Source: Setoptus koraiensis | Lineage: Eukaryota > Animalia > Arthropoda | Direction of reading: 5' to 3' | Length of the DNA stretch: 64,000 bases | Assembly (NCBI GenBank): GCA_048013815.1 | Contig: CM106585.1 | Span: 14,136,001-14,200,000 of the forward strand | Part shown: positions 36,826-49,579 of the stretch, one piece after another | Numbering within the stretch: the stretch's first letter is position 1 | How the letters are laid out: every line of letters begins with the position of its first letter | Made by a program: the position numbers and the translations under genes | Notes under the pieces: model-generated | Told to the model about the DNA's origin: nothing | Seen by the model: only the letters and a program-made list of their open reading frames with translations | Databases searched by the model: none

Positions 36826-37770
36826 TAAAAGGATTCTATTATTAAAAACAAACTACTATCATGGTAATGGACTTTTGAATCTTGACGAGAGAGATGTTCA
36901 ACTCGTTGAGCCTGAATAAGCTCTGTTTTTCAGCTGGAACTAGGTTCTTTTTGTGTCCGTTTTAATATTCAGTTCTCAGTCCGTTATAATCAGTAAAACT
37001 ATTTGAAATGGTGCAAGAAGAAGGTGTTAAGTTTATATCGGAATCATTTCTGTCTGAGCTATTTCGCTGACTCGTTGAGGGATAAAACAAGTTCAATAAG
37101 TGCAGAACAGAGAAGGAAACCACAACGATTAACTAAAGAACGCAGATAAAACATGTTTTATTATGAATTTCACTATCCTAACAAATTTTGAATTGAAGAA
37201 TCAAGTTAACACTTGGGGTGTGCTGGGCAAGCTTCCAACTTTGCCCCTTTTCTAGAACAACTTCCGCTTCACCCGGGAAAACTCCCTATCTGTAATAGCT
37301 TACTGTCACTTTTACCGCGAAGGGTTGCAGGGATAATGTGAATCTATGCGACTGGGTCGATGCCTCAATCTATTAGCCCAATTCGACGGCATTGATCATC
37401 GTTGAATTCCGCTTACTTTGCTATTTCAACTCTCTGACTGATATTCGACACGAATAGGTTCAATGTATACCCATTCTTCATGACTACACGTGCAGATGAG
37501 TTCTCTTGTGTATTCATTTCTCATCATTGTGACGGCTTACAATCAATATTCTGATCATTCCGAACACAATATTTACACATGCACTGCATCTAAAAATAGC
37601 GCAACATGTTCGAACGGTGACTAGATGATCATGCAACAATCATACTACCCATGACAAAACAAAGAGGTTAACTAATCCATTTGGTTTCGAATCAGAAATT
37701 TAAAATGCGATATTATCGTCTTCTTGTCTATAGTTATACCAGATAGGTATAATTGATAAGATTGTTGAGA

Positions 37771-38838
37771 ATGGATGCAATATTTGCTAATGGAATTGTT
37801 TTGTTTTTGATGATTTGCAGTCACCAACATCTCCAACTAGCGCTTGGGGACAACACCATTAGTATAAAGACATGCCATGACGCTACTGTTGACTATCCCG
37901 AGGCGATATTCAAAATGAGAAACTATGATTGTGCCAAGAATTGTAAACAATTAGTCGACAAAAATGAGCCAGAGAAATATTTGTCATTCATCGATGATCA
38001 TCCAGGATATTCAAAGCCTCCTCAGTGTTGTTGTTTGCACGATGTAGATCAAGTGCCATATCTTGAACTAAATGGCCATCCATTGACATCGTCCAAACAA
38101 AACGAGGCTTCAAGCACAAAAGAATTGGTGGTTTATGATTGTAAAGCGAGCGAATATTATGAAGGGATTATTGCCGAAATGATTGACCTGGAAAAACATC
38201 GTCTAGTGACTGCTTGCGATTATCTAAGTAGATCCAGTCCACTTAGTTTAGTTGAAGTGAAACATTTGATTGAATTGCTATTAGATATACAAGATAATTA
38301 CTATTACAATCCGGATCAGCTTGCCTACGATATGATTATAGATGAAGAAATTAAGAAACTGATCAACTCCAGAACGCTATGGTTGAACACAATCAAACAG
38401 ATCGCATTACCCACCGAGGCTGAATGGATGAACGATAGAAAATTCTGTCAAATTTATGCAAATATCGGCCATAGGACGAGCGAAAACACCGAAGCGGAGT
38501 TAGAGGCGAAATCTAAAATAGTTGACAAATATATTGGTTTGGCAAGAGGCCAGGAATCGACTATAATCACTGGAGCACTCGATAACTATCTAAATCAATT
38601 GAGATTATTGTGTTTGCCTGATGGTGTCACTGTACAAAACAGACCAACAAGATTAGAGGCCGAAAAGAAGGCAGAAGAGGAGAGATTGTCAAAAAAATCG
38701 GTTGGGGTTAAAAAGAAGGCCAAACTAGAACAGGATTCTAGCTACGATGTCACTCTGACAAAACCATGGCTGATAAAGAAGAAATTGCAAGTTAATTCAA
38801 TCAATTCCAGACGACCGACAACCAACAATGAGCGATGA
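37771..38838 (+). CDS. Secreted orphan protein with Cys-rich N-terminal module, 355 aa
   Basis: ATG at 37771 (the track start at 37753 is TTG). Signal-peptide-like MDAIFANGIVLFLMICSHQHLQLALG, then C-x18-CxxxC-x27-CCC, a helical middle region and a basic tail. Long clean ORF with no recognisable family. Confidence 0.7.
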   Translation: MDAIFANGIVLFLMICSHQHLQLALGDNTISIKTCHDATVDYPEAIFKMRNYDCAKNCKQLVDKNEPEKYLSFIDDHPGYSKPPQCCCLHDVDQVPYLELNGHPLTSSKQNEASSTKELVVYDCKASEYYEGIIAEMIDLEKHRLVTACDYLSRSSPLSLVEVKHLIELLLDIQDNYYYNPDQLAYDMIIDEEIKKLINSRTLWLNTIKQIALPTEAEWMNDRKFCQIYANIGHRTSENTEAELEAKSKIVDKYIGLARGQESTIITGALDNYLNQLRLLCLPDGVTVQNRPTRLEAEKKAEEERLSKKSVGVKKKAKLEQDSSYDVTLTKPWLIKKKLQVNSINSRRPTTNNER

Positions 38839-40091
38839 TGTGGCAGTATTATCGATTAGTTATCTAATAACGACCACTGGCGAAAATATGTAGCAACAAA
38901 TATAAAATTAGTCACATTGTTACGTGATTACCACACTATGACATTATGACTTCCTTGCTACAACTATCGCAATAGATTCCGATTAAGCATTTGCCAGTCT
39001 GTGAGTTCATATAGCAGATTTGCAGCCATCTTGATTAATTTTTATGACTTGATCGGCTAAGTCGTTGATTGGCATGTTTTAACCTGCTATTTGCTGGCTA
39101 ACTGTGTCAATATCTGCTGTTCTCACGTCACTCGTCTGATATGCCACCCCAACTCTTCTCGACTGATGCTCGTCTTGTGAGCTAGAATTACAATCATCCA
39201 GAAACGAATCACAGAGATATTTTTCGTATCGCCAAAACTGGCAACTCACAGTGAAGTAAATTACTTTCACCTCATTTTAGCAACTTCAATCAAATTTTTG
39301 TAGCCGATTAAGAGTACAGTGATTGGTGCATGAGAGGTATCGCCAAGACGTCGTTTGCTAACCACTGTCGTTTGCCGATGGCATGGCGCTGTTTATAAAT
39401 GGATGAAAAAGGATACAAATGTGTGGTATAAATGGATATACGATTGTCCATTATGAATGAGGTAAGCTCGTTGAAAATAAATCAGATAAGAATGAGAATG
39501 GCATAGGAGCCGTGCTGCATATTAGGTAGACACATGCATTAGTTTTGGTCGTAGTGGTCGTTGTTTGTAACGGCGATACCCTCACTAGACTACACGGACT
39601 AAAAGGAGAACTGTTGCTCATTGTTGCAAATATTCTTGCTAGTGGCCTTGAATTATCAACAACAATAACAACGAGACGTAATGGCTGATGATACAATTGT
39701 GTCTTGCTTGTGCAGAATTGTGTGTTACACCAGATTAATACGAAATTGCCTGGCTTGAGCAGATTTCAAACACAATTTTGTTTCTTTCTTTCTCACATCT
39801 CGTCGGAGATATCCATCGTCGACAGTAACTTAAAAGTCTTCACTGTGTTATTTGCCGGCTACGAATTGAGCAATTGCAAAAAACCATATACGAAACGGTA
39901 CGGCTCTCAATTAATACGGTCCAATCATCATTCGCGTGGTGAATTGGCCACTTGTTGAATAAGCCAAAAAAAATTAAGCGCTGAAAAGGTTAATCTTGCT
40001 GATAACACGCAGACACAATAGAGATAGATTGTCAGCTGGTGTTCAATGTAACAAAATTTCCATCTCGATGGCCAATATATGCGCCATACTG

Positions 40092-40138
40092 TTACGCAAC
40101 ATTGTTACGCAATATTGTTACGTAAAATAGTTACGCAA
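40092..40138. promoter_or_regulatory. Four phased TTACG(C/T)AA sites (PAR/C-EBP bZIP-type) in a 13-bp tandem repeat
   Basis: TTACGCAA at 40092, 40105 and 40131; TTACGTAA at 40118; exact 13-bp period. Confidence 0.4.
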
Positions 40139-40889
40139 GGCTCAAGTGAAGGTTTTCAATATTACGTCACACAGACTATTGTTTGTTGTTGGCGACTGGA
40201 CGATGCTATTGCGTGCCATTGTCAATGTGTTAGCTTGTCAGCTTGTTGACCCATCCATTCAGGTTGCTTGTTTATTGTCGCGTGCAATATTTATAGAGTG
40301 GACAACAATTGTTGTTGTCCGCTCTCGTTGATAGCCCAGTGAATAACTGTCAACTGTCTACAATAAAAAAAACAAGCTTCTTTTTGTCAGGCTGGCCAAC
40401 TGTTTGCTCATATATATATATATATATACTGTGTATGTATTACGTGTTAATGGTCATTATGTAATTAATGTTGCCACTTTGTTGCTAGCGCAACAAGTCA
40501 AATGACATACAAACGCACATAAATTAATCGCTGACCCCTTGTTAATGAGTTGGCTGGCTATTTGATTGATGTCACGCCACAATCATTAACAAGTCGATGT
40601 AAAGATTGATACAAATATGCGCTGCAAACACACGAAAGTGTCACATGCTGATCGATACTTCTGCATATTGCAATTTGCAACACGACGTGTATTAGCACAG
40701 TGTGGAGTCCATCGGGCCATGCTGGCCCAAACTGGCAAAAACAGCAAACAATTTCTCACACGACGACGACGACGACAAATTCCAAATCAATCGGTCAAGC
40801 AGTGAGTTAACAAGTTAGGGGCTAGATAAGGGACAGCGTGCGCTGGTTGTTGGGTCACGTCACACCAAGGCCAACATCGGCCCGTGATC

Positions 40890-40969
40890 GACGGCTAGCC
40901 AACGACGACTAACCAATGACGACTAGATAGCGACGACTAGCTAACGACGACTAGCCAACGACGGCTAGG
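40890..40969. repeat. 14-bp minisatellite (GACGACTAGCCAAC), about 5.7 copies
   Basis: Units at 40890, 40904, 40918, 40932, 40946 and 40960. Confidence 0.88.
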
Positions 40970-41829
40970 GGTCATCTGCATTGGAGAGCATCAGAGGGGC
41001 ATAAGAGAGAAAAACGCGGTGCAGCAACAGGTTGCGAGTGCCGTTACGCAACTGTACCGATATGCTACAACGTTACGTCGCTTGCTACAGTTATACGTGT
41101 ACGTCTTGCCAGCGGACGCCTGGTTAATCAATCAAATGGCAAATGTTGAGATTTAATTTTTTAAAATATTGCCATCGCCATTGCGCTACAACCGCGTTAG
41201 CTGGAACAAACACAAACGCAAAAAGTCCGACAACTTGTTTGCAGCAAGTGATCGATATTATCATCGTCGTCGTACCTATCATTTATCTGGCCATCTCTCG
41301 CTTGCCAGTGTGTCGCTCGTGTGTCTCGGCGCCAACCATCATATGATGATACAATATGATGTACAATCGCATAAGCGACTGGTGATCGCACGGCGATAAT
41401 CGCGCAAACAAAGTATTGACACCAATCAAGCGACGATAATTAGCGCCCGACGGTATTCGCAGTGGGCACTATCTATAATGCAGAATCTATAATGAGTTGG
41501 CTGTAACTGATTTCGTCTACTTTGCATCACACGCTTTCAAGCGTGCATTTAATTCATTTATTTTATTTATTTTTACCATTGTCCTTTCGCCTTCACAATA
41601 TGAAGTGTACGCTGTTCATGCTACGGCTCCGCGGGCCAGCTCGAAAGGCTCAAATGAGCCTTTCGCAAAAATAAAAATATGCGATAAAATGGTGGCCGGT
41701 CGGCTGGGCACTCTCATTAGCCCATCCGAACGGCACAATCTGCTGCTGATTATTAGGTAAACAATTATAATCACGATATGTTAGTTTAGCGGATAACGAG
41801 TCCGACGAGCAAGCCAAGTGCGACGGCCA

Positions 41830-41832
<3 letters not shown>

Positions 41833-41868
<36 letters not shown>
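41833..41868. repeat. (AC)18 microsatellite
   Basis: Read directly. Confidence 0.9.
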
Positions 41869-41871
<3 letters not shown>

Positions 41872-42946
41872 TATACCGCCCAGTGGGCAATAATTACGTA
41901 ACAATGGTGTTGTCGACCAGCATTGTATTATGATGACGGCGACGATGATAACGCAGGCTTGCTGTCGGCAACTGGCCGCCATTCTGCTGGCCAGCAGCCA
42001 CTTGCGATAGCCAGTTACCTGTCGGCCGGCGAGAGCAACGCTGAGCCAACAGGTGAGGTGCACAAAATGAGTTCGTGACTATTCACTCGCGACTTACAAC
42101 GGGACACTTTCACTTACTTCAGTTTTTCCCTCTCTCTCTCTCTCTCTATCTCGCGCTCTGTCTCGGTATTGGCCAGACATTGGCCAGACATTGGCCAGAA
42201 ACGTTGTTGCTGGTTGGTGTTGGCACCAACCAAAAACAACAACAACAAGCCGTGGAGCAGCTCGGCATAAACGAGCGCCACTTATCATTATTGTTATTAT
42301 TCTTTCAGCGGCCACCATCAAGGTTGATCCTAATCAAGCGCACAATTACCGCCGGTCTCTCATTTTAAATTCTAATTGAGAGCACAACGTGCTTACAGCG
42401 CGCGCGCGCGCTCGATTAATCTGACATTGCGATAATCTGACATTGCGAAAATATATAAGATATAAGATATAAGACGACGACGACGACGACGAGGGCAGGT
42501 GATAAGTAATTTGTGGGGGGAGCCAAGCAAACAAATTCGCATTGATAACAAGTTCAATTTGAGCTGGTGGCCGGCAACGACAGCGCACACACACACACAC
42601 TTGTCGTCATCAGGGTGACCATCAATCATAATTTGTTGCGCCCCCGCCCGCCCGCTCGCTCGCCCGCCTTTATATATTTCGCTTATATCACTGCGATAAA
42701 CATAGGTGGGCTGTTACGAAATTGACGGACGGAAAGCTGTTAACAAGACCGAGTTGACAAGCCGCTGATCGGGTTGATAGGGGCTCGAGCACGAGCCCAC
42801 AAGATACAATCCAATGCGACAGCGCGAAGGGCTCTGCCCCAGCCATGGGCAATCGGAGCCACGCTTGCCCTCAATACGCTCGGCCGGACAATGCTCGCCC
42901 TCGATCTGGCCGGTGTTTATACCGCTGGCCAGTGTTTGGCCGGCGG

Positions 42947-42954
42947 TATAAATA
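42947..42954 (+). promoter_or_regulatory. TATA box of the 43110 microgene
   Basis: TATAAATA followed about 33 nt later by Inr-like TCATTT (42980-42985) and a CAA-rich leader to ATG 43110. Confidence 0.55.
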
Positions 42955-43109
42955 AGTTGACGGCCGACCAGAAATTAAATCATTTCAAACTGTCAGTCTC
43001 GAGTCAGCACATCACAGCCAAAACAACAACAACAACAACAGCAACGACCGGCACAAACAAGCATCATTTGTAACCGAATATCACCAGCAAACAAAGCAAC
43101 TAATCAACA

Positions 43110-43599
43110 ATGAACAAATCAGCAGCTACCCTTTTCGCCGCTCTGTTGGCCCTAGTGGCCCTCGTGGCCCTAGTGCAAGCCTCAGGATACGGAGGCCACC
43201 AAAGCTACGGTCAGAACTACGACAGAAAGGTTGGATTCAAGACCGTAAGTAGCCCCAGTCAGCGACTTTGAGCCGCATCTTTGCACTCAAACTCTGCGCA
43301 ACACTTGGCCCCGGCAATGCAAGCAATACGGGCCTCAACATTACAGTTGAGGCCCAATTGCAGCCCGATGTGTCAGCAGAAAGCGACATTGGCCAGCTCA
43401 TAGTGACGCTTATGCAACACGACGCCAATCTAATAAACCCAATCAACCCAATCTGACCACTTTGTATATTATTTACGCAACACAGGTCATCTACCATCCG
43501 TACAACGCCGTATCGAGCCGCTTCGATCACCGCGTCTACCCGGCCTACTCTGGTTACTCGTCGGGCGGTTACGGAGGCTACAGTGGATACGCAGCGTGA
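43110..43599 (+). CDS. Small secreted Gly/Tyr-rich cuticle-type protein, 82 aa (not in ORF track)
   Basis: Exons 43110-43244 and 43486-43599; intron 43245-43485 (GTAAGT..CACAG). Product MNKSAATLFAALLALVALVALVQASGYGGHQSYGQNYDRKVGFKT|VIYHPYNAVSSRFDHRVYPAYSGYSSGGYGGYSGYAA. Confidence 0.82.
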
Positions 43600-46500
43600 G
43601 TTAGACCAAATGCACAAAATTTGTATTCATTGTTCAGCAGCTAACGGCAACAACAACTACTACTCGCTATTGTATGATTCAGATTTGATTTCGATCGCTT
43701 CGAAAGCAAACAATAGCATAGTAGAAATATGTTGGCGCCAATACAAACTCAGGGCTCATTATTAGCATATGTCGTCTGTTAGCATAATGTAGCTTAACGG
43801 TCACTCAGATAGGACAACTAAGAGTTAACTTGCCGGCTCATCAATTGCTTCATTAATTAGTAGTCGATCAGTCGATTAGTCGATGGATCGACTACTAAGT
43901 AGTAGTGGTAGTCGCTTGCAGCCAACAATGATAATAAACACTCACTATTTAATATAAGCGTCCGATCTGGTGTCTGTTTCCTCATTTACCTGTACCAATC
44001 AGCCAATCTCCTATCTGCCCATCTGCCGCTCATTTTCACTGCCAACTCTGTCCGAGATACATAATAGCTTGATTGGTTGCATAAATATGCAAGCGAGCAT
44101 GAGCTTAACTGGAATACCAGTCAACTGATAAATACTCACTGCCAGTAACGCCAATGTCGCCAGATCAATCAATGAACTCTCTCCCTTTCTCTCTCACTAG
44201 CTAATTTGTATCTAATGATCCGAGTCAGCTAATGAAGCGATACAAGTAGGGCCCAGGGCAATTTCCTAGTAGATTTGTCTGCTCGATTAAATTGATCGCG
44301 ATGAATATGTATTTGAGTTGAGGAGCTTGCCTTTAAGATTGCCAGACACTGATAATCTGGGCGATAATTCAAGAAGCCAATCAATGCCAAATGTCGCACA
44401 CCAGGGTCGAGCGTCGCTTCTGGTTCAGGTGTCTATTTAATTTGCTAACATGCAACATTATGCAAATGAATGTCGCAATATACAGAATTCAATCAACTGT
44501 CCGGCGCGCCTAAACATAAAGTGAGAGAGAAAATGACGAGCGATAACTTACATAGCGCTTTAACTTATGCCTTCATATGCCTAACCCTGGCAACCTTGAC
44601 TGATCTGCTCTGATTATCTTTAATGTCCTCTCTAAATTATCTCAAAAATCATAATCACAACTAACAAGCCGCCAACAATATTGTTGTTTGTTTTAAATTT
44701 ATTTATTTGCTAACCAAACCATATTAACGCCAACAACCGTTAATGCGACAACAGTCCAGCTCCTTACATTAAAACTGGATTGGATTATACCATTGGCGAT
44801 ATTCCAAGCAACAACTACGGCCCAGCACCATACTAATAAATGAGCATACGATTGGTATTGGCCACCTGATAAAATACAATTTAATTTAATATATTTGCAT
44901 TTGCCAGTCTGACCTCCGCCACTACCACCACCACTACCGCTACTACTGTTGCTGTCATGCAACAACAACAACAACACCAGCAGAAACAACAACAGCAGAA
45001 ACAACAACAGCAGCAACAACAACTACAGCACGACTAGACAGAAGCTAAGCAAATCATCAACAGCCCGTGCCCCTTCATCGATCTAATCAATCTGTTCAGA
45101 TAAATAATTGCCTCTGTTTTGTGTTGCTCAAACACACAACGCCCCAGCGATTGTCCAGTTGACTAAGATGATAATAAAAGCGCTTTAGTTATTCATGTTT
45201 TTATATAACTAAAGATAAATTTAAAACGCGTCTCTATTGTGTCGATTATCCGCTGTTTGAGATAACAACTATTGCAAATTTTACTGGCGATGTCACAGGC
45301 GAGAAGTGACGCAATATCTTTTAGAACGCAACACAACAATTGATTTCAAGCAATTCGAAGGTGATTGCCATCGTCGGGGCATGCAAACAACCTGGCCCTG
45401 ACACCACAACAAGCAAACCAGAATTGCATCAGCTAGAAAAAGCCGGACTATTAAGAGCCAATTAGAATATAATCTCTAATTAGCGCTTGCTTGTTGTTGT
45501 CGTCGTCTGCAACAACACTTGTAGTGAGTGTTGCTACATCGTCGTCATCATTAACAATAATAAACACAAAGAAATGATGGAAATAAACACACAAAAGTTA
45601 GCTTGAGATTAGAAAGTTGCCAAACACAATATCATAACAGACGGTGAGCGACGAAGCATGAAATGATTTTTATTCTTGGTTGTTGCATAGTCAGTTTTGG
45701 CTTTTATTTCATCAGGTTTCACTGTCGCAACAACAACCAAATTTCGTTGTTGGCGAAACACACTGTCTCTCTCCCTATCGTGCAGTTCAAACAACAACAC
45801 GATATTGGACGAAAGAAATATAACGTTGCCAGGCAACAACAGGTGCTGTTTGCCAACAATATTTAGTTTGCGTTACAGGCAATTGTGCGAATGAATGCGA
45901 ATGAATGAAAAATGAAAATTGAAAACTGAAAACATCCTGAGATAATCTAAATCGATGCATTAGCGCCACTGCTCCTTCATCATCGCGAGCGACGCCAACA
46001 ACGACAACCGCAACTGCCGACAACTACAACTTACACGTTTGCCAATCACAACTTGTTGATCAGTCATTTACATAAGTTACTTAAGTTGTTTATCTGACAA
46101 TGTTGATTATGCCTACATAATTGCCAGACAAATATTGAAAAAAAAAGTAATACCTTACTGTAGTGATAGTAGTAGTATGAAAAATTAATTTTTGTTTCGC
46201 CACTGTTTGACGGCTAATGAAAATCTCATTTGCGTTTGTGTGATTAAGTTGAGTCGTTTGTCGGCTGCACTATCAAACTGATAGTATCAACAACAACTCA
46301 GTTGCAACGACACTGATTTAATCAATTAACGATCAAGCTTGATACCACTATCATCTGGCTCTTGATTATTTTGATTGAATAGCTTAATATTGATAGTGAA
46401 ATAGACGTTAATCATTTGTCCAACTATGTGACGCGCATGAGCTATCCAATGGGCTATCATCTGATGTGTTTAATAAGGCTAAAATGGCTGCATAATGACG

Positions 46501-47529
46501 ACTGCCTGCATTTTCTTTCACGAATCGAGCTGCCAGCTTACAGTGACGAAGAGTCAATGTTTCAAAAGACGCATCTTGCTGGCAGATTGCGGAGAGGTTT
46601 GTCGATGAACAATGTCCAAAAAGTTGTACTGCCGGGCAATCGTATACTGTTCAGTAATCATCAGGCAAATGAGAAAGGAGGCTGGTATTGCTGGTATCGT
46701 GTGATGCAAACAAAATGATTGATGATGGCAACGAGGCCAACCACGGAAACCAACAACAAGCTTTCTTGGCAGGGAGTAGATATGATTTACAGTTTGAGCG
46801 TATACTCGGGGTGTATACAGGTGAGAGAGCGGCCAGCTCAGCGTTGAGGGTGCTGGTTCGTACAATGCAACAAAAAGAACGAGCAGCACTCGTTGTATCT
46901 TTTCAACTTTGGCTTTCGCAACACGTGCAAAATAGGTAGTTACGTTGCATGTAAACAAGTATGCATCTATGATATGTGCATTGTTGAAATCGCCGACATT
47001 GAACTTGACTCTAACAACCGCCGAGCATCATGCTTGAGCAACACAATCTGTCTTGCCACCTATTGCAACAATTACTAGCTTTCACTCACCTGTCGGCTTG
47101 ATAGATTAAACAACAGCGGCAGCAGCAATGACGACAACCTCCTAATCGCTCGTTCCATTGACGCGATAAGCAAATGATGTTGCGAAACCAAACCTTGTTG
47201 TTGTTGTTGTTGCTGCTGTTATTGTTGTTGTTGTTGTAGCTAACCTCTAACCCGCTGTAATTCACACATCGCATCTCGCAACAAATCATATTCATTTCTT
47301 AGCTCGATTGTTGTTGAATATTAATATCAACTGACCTGCTGCAACTACAGATGCTAGTATGCAGCGTAAACAGAGGGGGCGCCCAAGAATTTACGCCTTG
47401 CCGAGTCACGCCTCTAATTAGCTTGTCTACTCGGCTTTGTGGGTGCACCGTCGTGAGATTTGTGTAGATTCCTTAGCGAATTCCTGCAGAGTAATGCGTG
47501 CAACACTGTTTGAGTCGTGCCACCACGAC

Positions 47530-47537
47530 TATATAAA
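47530..47537 (+). promoter_or_regulatory. TATA box, left palindromic gene
   Basis: TATATAAA 137 nt upstream of ATG 47667, followed by a CAA-rich leader. Confidence 0.7.
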
Positions 47538-47666
47538 GGAGGCGATTTTGTCAGAATAAGCATCAAACACTCTCGAGTAATTCTCAAACCAACAAACATC
47601 AAACTCAAACAAACAACTTTCGCTATTACAGCAAAACAAACCAAAACCAAATACAAACAACCGAAA

Positions 47667-47956
47667 ATGTTTAAAGTAATCGTAAGTATATCACCACAGC
47701 TCCCTCTATCTTGGAGACTGTGACAAATATAAACGTTAATGTTACAAAGTTATGCAAATGTTCAACAACTAACAAACCATTTATACCGTAATTCACACAG
47801 ATCTTGTTGGCCGTCCTCGCCACCTTCGCCGCCGTCGCCACCGCCCAGTATTACTACGGAGGTGCCTACCCAGCATACTCAGCTGGTTATGGATACGCAG
47901 CATACCCATCATACGGATACGCCGCTGCCTACCCAGGTTACTACCTGAAAAAGTGA
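47667..47956 (+). CDS. Secreted Tyr/Gly/Ala-rich cuticle-type micro-protein, 56 aa, copy 1 (not in ORF track)
   Basis: Exons 47667-47681 (MFKVI) and 47801-47956; intron 47682-47800 (GTAAGT..ACTAAC..CACAG, 119 nt). Product MFKVIILLAVLATFAAVATAQYYYGGAYPAYSAGYGYAAYPSYGYAAAYPGYYLKK; AATAAA at 48245-48250. Confidence 0.88.
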
Positions 47957-49579
47957 GAGGTTTCAACCGAACCAAACAACTCTATTTGAACACCAACACC
48001 GAAAATCACAATCAACAGTTAGTTATGCACACAATGGATGCATCTCTCCCAAACAATAGATCGAAACCAGCCAATGAGTTTGTGCAATGATTATTCAATT
48101 GGTGATCACCTCCAATCTAGTTTTCCCAATTCGATTGGATTGAACAATCATTTAGATGGATGGCGAATTTCCGTTTACTGTTACCATTAATTGCATTGTA
48201 TTGTGCCGTATGCGACATGTCATCGTCACTAAGATTGTGTAGTAAATAAAATCATACCATTACATCGAAACCCATTATGAGGTCTTTCATGAAATTACCT
48301 GTGTGTCTCTGTGGTTTTTACTTTATTTCTCTCTGTGCTAATCAATTATGTCACGTGAAATTCGTAGCAATACACATCGCTCTGACGCAGTTCTAATTCA
48401 TAAGTGTGCGCAAAGTTACTTGGCAATCTGAAAAACTATCAGAACCATAACTTTAGAAGGTTACACCAAAGTAGAGGGTTAATTTTTGTTTCAGATGAAA
48501 CCATTCTTGAGGAACAAGAATTGAATAAAAAAAAAGTATGAAAAGTCGCGCAATCCTGGTGAAAATCACAAAAAAACAAGGTACTTGGACCAAAATATAT
48601 TCGTAATTGCGCCTTATATCATGAAAATAACATCTCGATCGCGTTACAAACTATTGCGCTTGTGCGTCTATTTCATAAAAATTACGTGGAATTTCTCAAA
48701 GAATAGTGCAACTGATTTTCGATGGTCTTGTGGGGCGTACAAAAACAAACGACTTATACTTGGGTCATTACAGTGAACTAGATAGCGCCCTATAGTATCA
48801 CAAATAGTAATGATGGTTGGTATACTTTTTTTGAATTCTAATTGTAATAGTTTAGATGTACACACGGGTAATCTCATGGTAAATCTAAACTATTTCAATG
48901 AGCACTCAGAACAAGTATATCGAACCAATCTAGTTCAATGCGACAACCTAGTTAAACCTTGCGGGGATAAACTCAATTCAGGAATTAAGGTACCCAAAGT
49001 GCAACAAACCAACAATAGAAAATGCAGATTACCTTATTAATATAGGGTTTGAGCCAAACATACACCAAAAAATCATGGCCTTGGTATATTTAAAATGTTC
49101 TCCGATTTGCACAAGGGAAAGATCTGCATATTGCTCCAATAATCTACTATTGAGGCTTGCACATTGTTGTCAATCCAGTCGAGTTGTTTCTTATAATGAT
49201 AAAGCAATATTTGCTGATGCAACTCAAAAACTTGATATACTGATATGGGTATCATATCATGCCTGCAAATTCTTGCATGCAATAGTTATGTGAAAAGAGT
49301 TTTTATTCGCACTGGCATCACATAATTGATTGTCACAGAAAGAAATGAAGTAAGAACCAGAGACACACAGACAATTTCATGAAAGACCTCATAATGGGTT
49401 TCGATGCAATGGTATGATTTTATTTACTGTATAATCTTAGTGACGATGACATGTCGCACACAACAAAATACGATGCAACAGATTGCATCCATTTTGTGTC
49501 TAAGATTTCAGCACATGATGCTGATTGTGATTTTTGGTGTTGGTGTTCAAATAGAGTTGTTTGGTTCGGTTGAAACCTC

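Larger units (their letters stand above)
46959..48352. repeat. Left arm of a 3.6-kb inverted repeat
   Basis: Reverse complement of 49321-50583. Paired coordinates sum to 97536 across the gene (TATA 47530/50006, ATG 47667/49869, stop 47956/49580). The outer ~1.05 kb is nearly identical; the inner part is diverged, with a ~140-bp extra segment at about 48046-48190. Confidence 0.95.

Noticed and set aside
37190-37290. Minus-strand GVFPGEAEVVLEKGQSWKL resembling an ADP-ribosyltransferase ExE motif
   Set aside because: An isolated ~35-codon frame bounded by stops, with no upstream Arg or STS motifs in any frame.
46416-46939. ORF fragments with HECT-like (SRIELPAYSDEE) or piggyBac-like (DEESM, GVYTG) words
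   Set aside because: The catalytic Cys position is not conserved, the motif spacing is wrong and the frames are broken; cannot be supported without a search.
47086-47723. Duplicated 65-80-aa ORFs in the palindrome arms (MNMICCEM..., MPPRLYKG..., MYLVLVCF...)
   Set aside because: They are conserved only because the arms are near-identical DNA; they overlap the promoter and leader of the real spliced microgenes.
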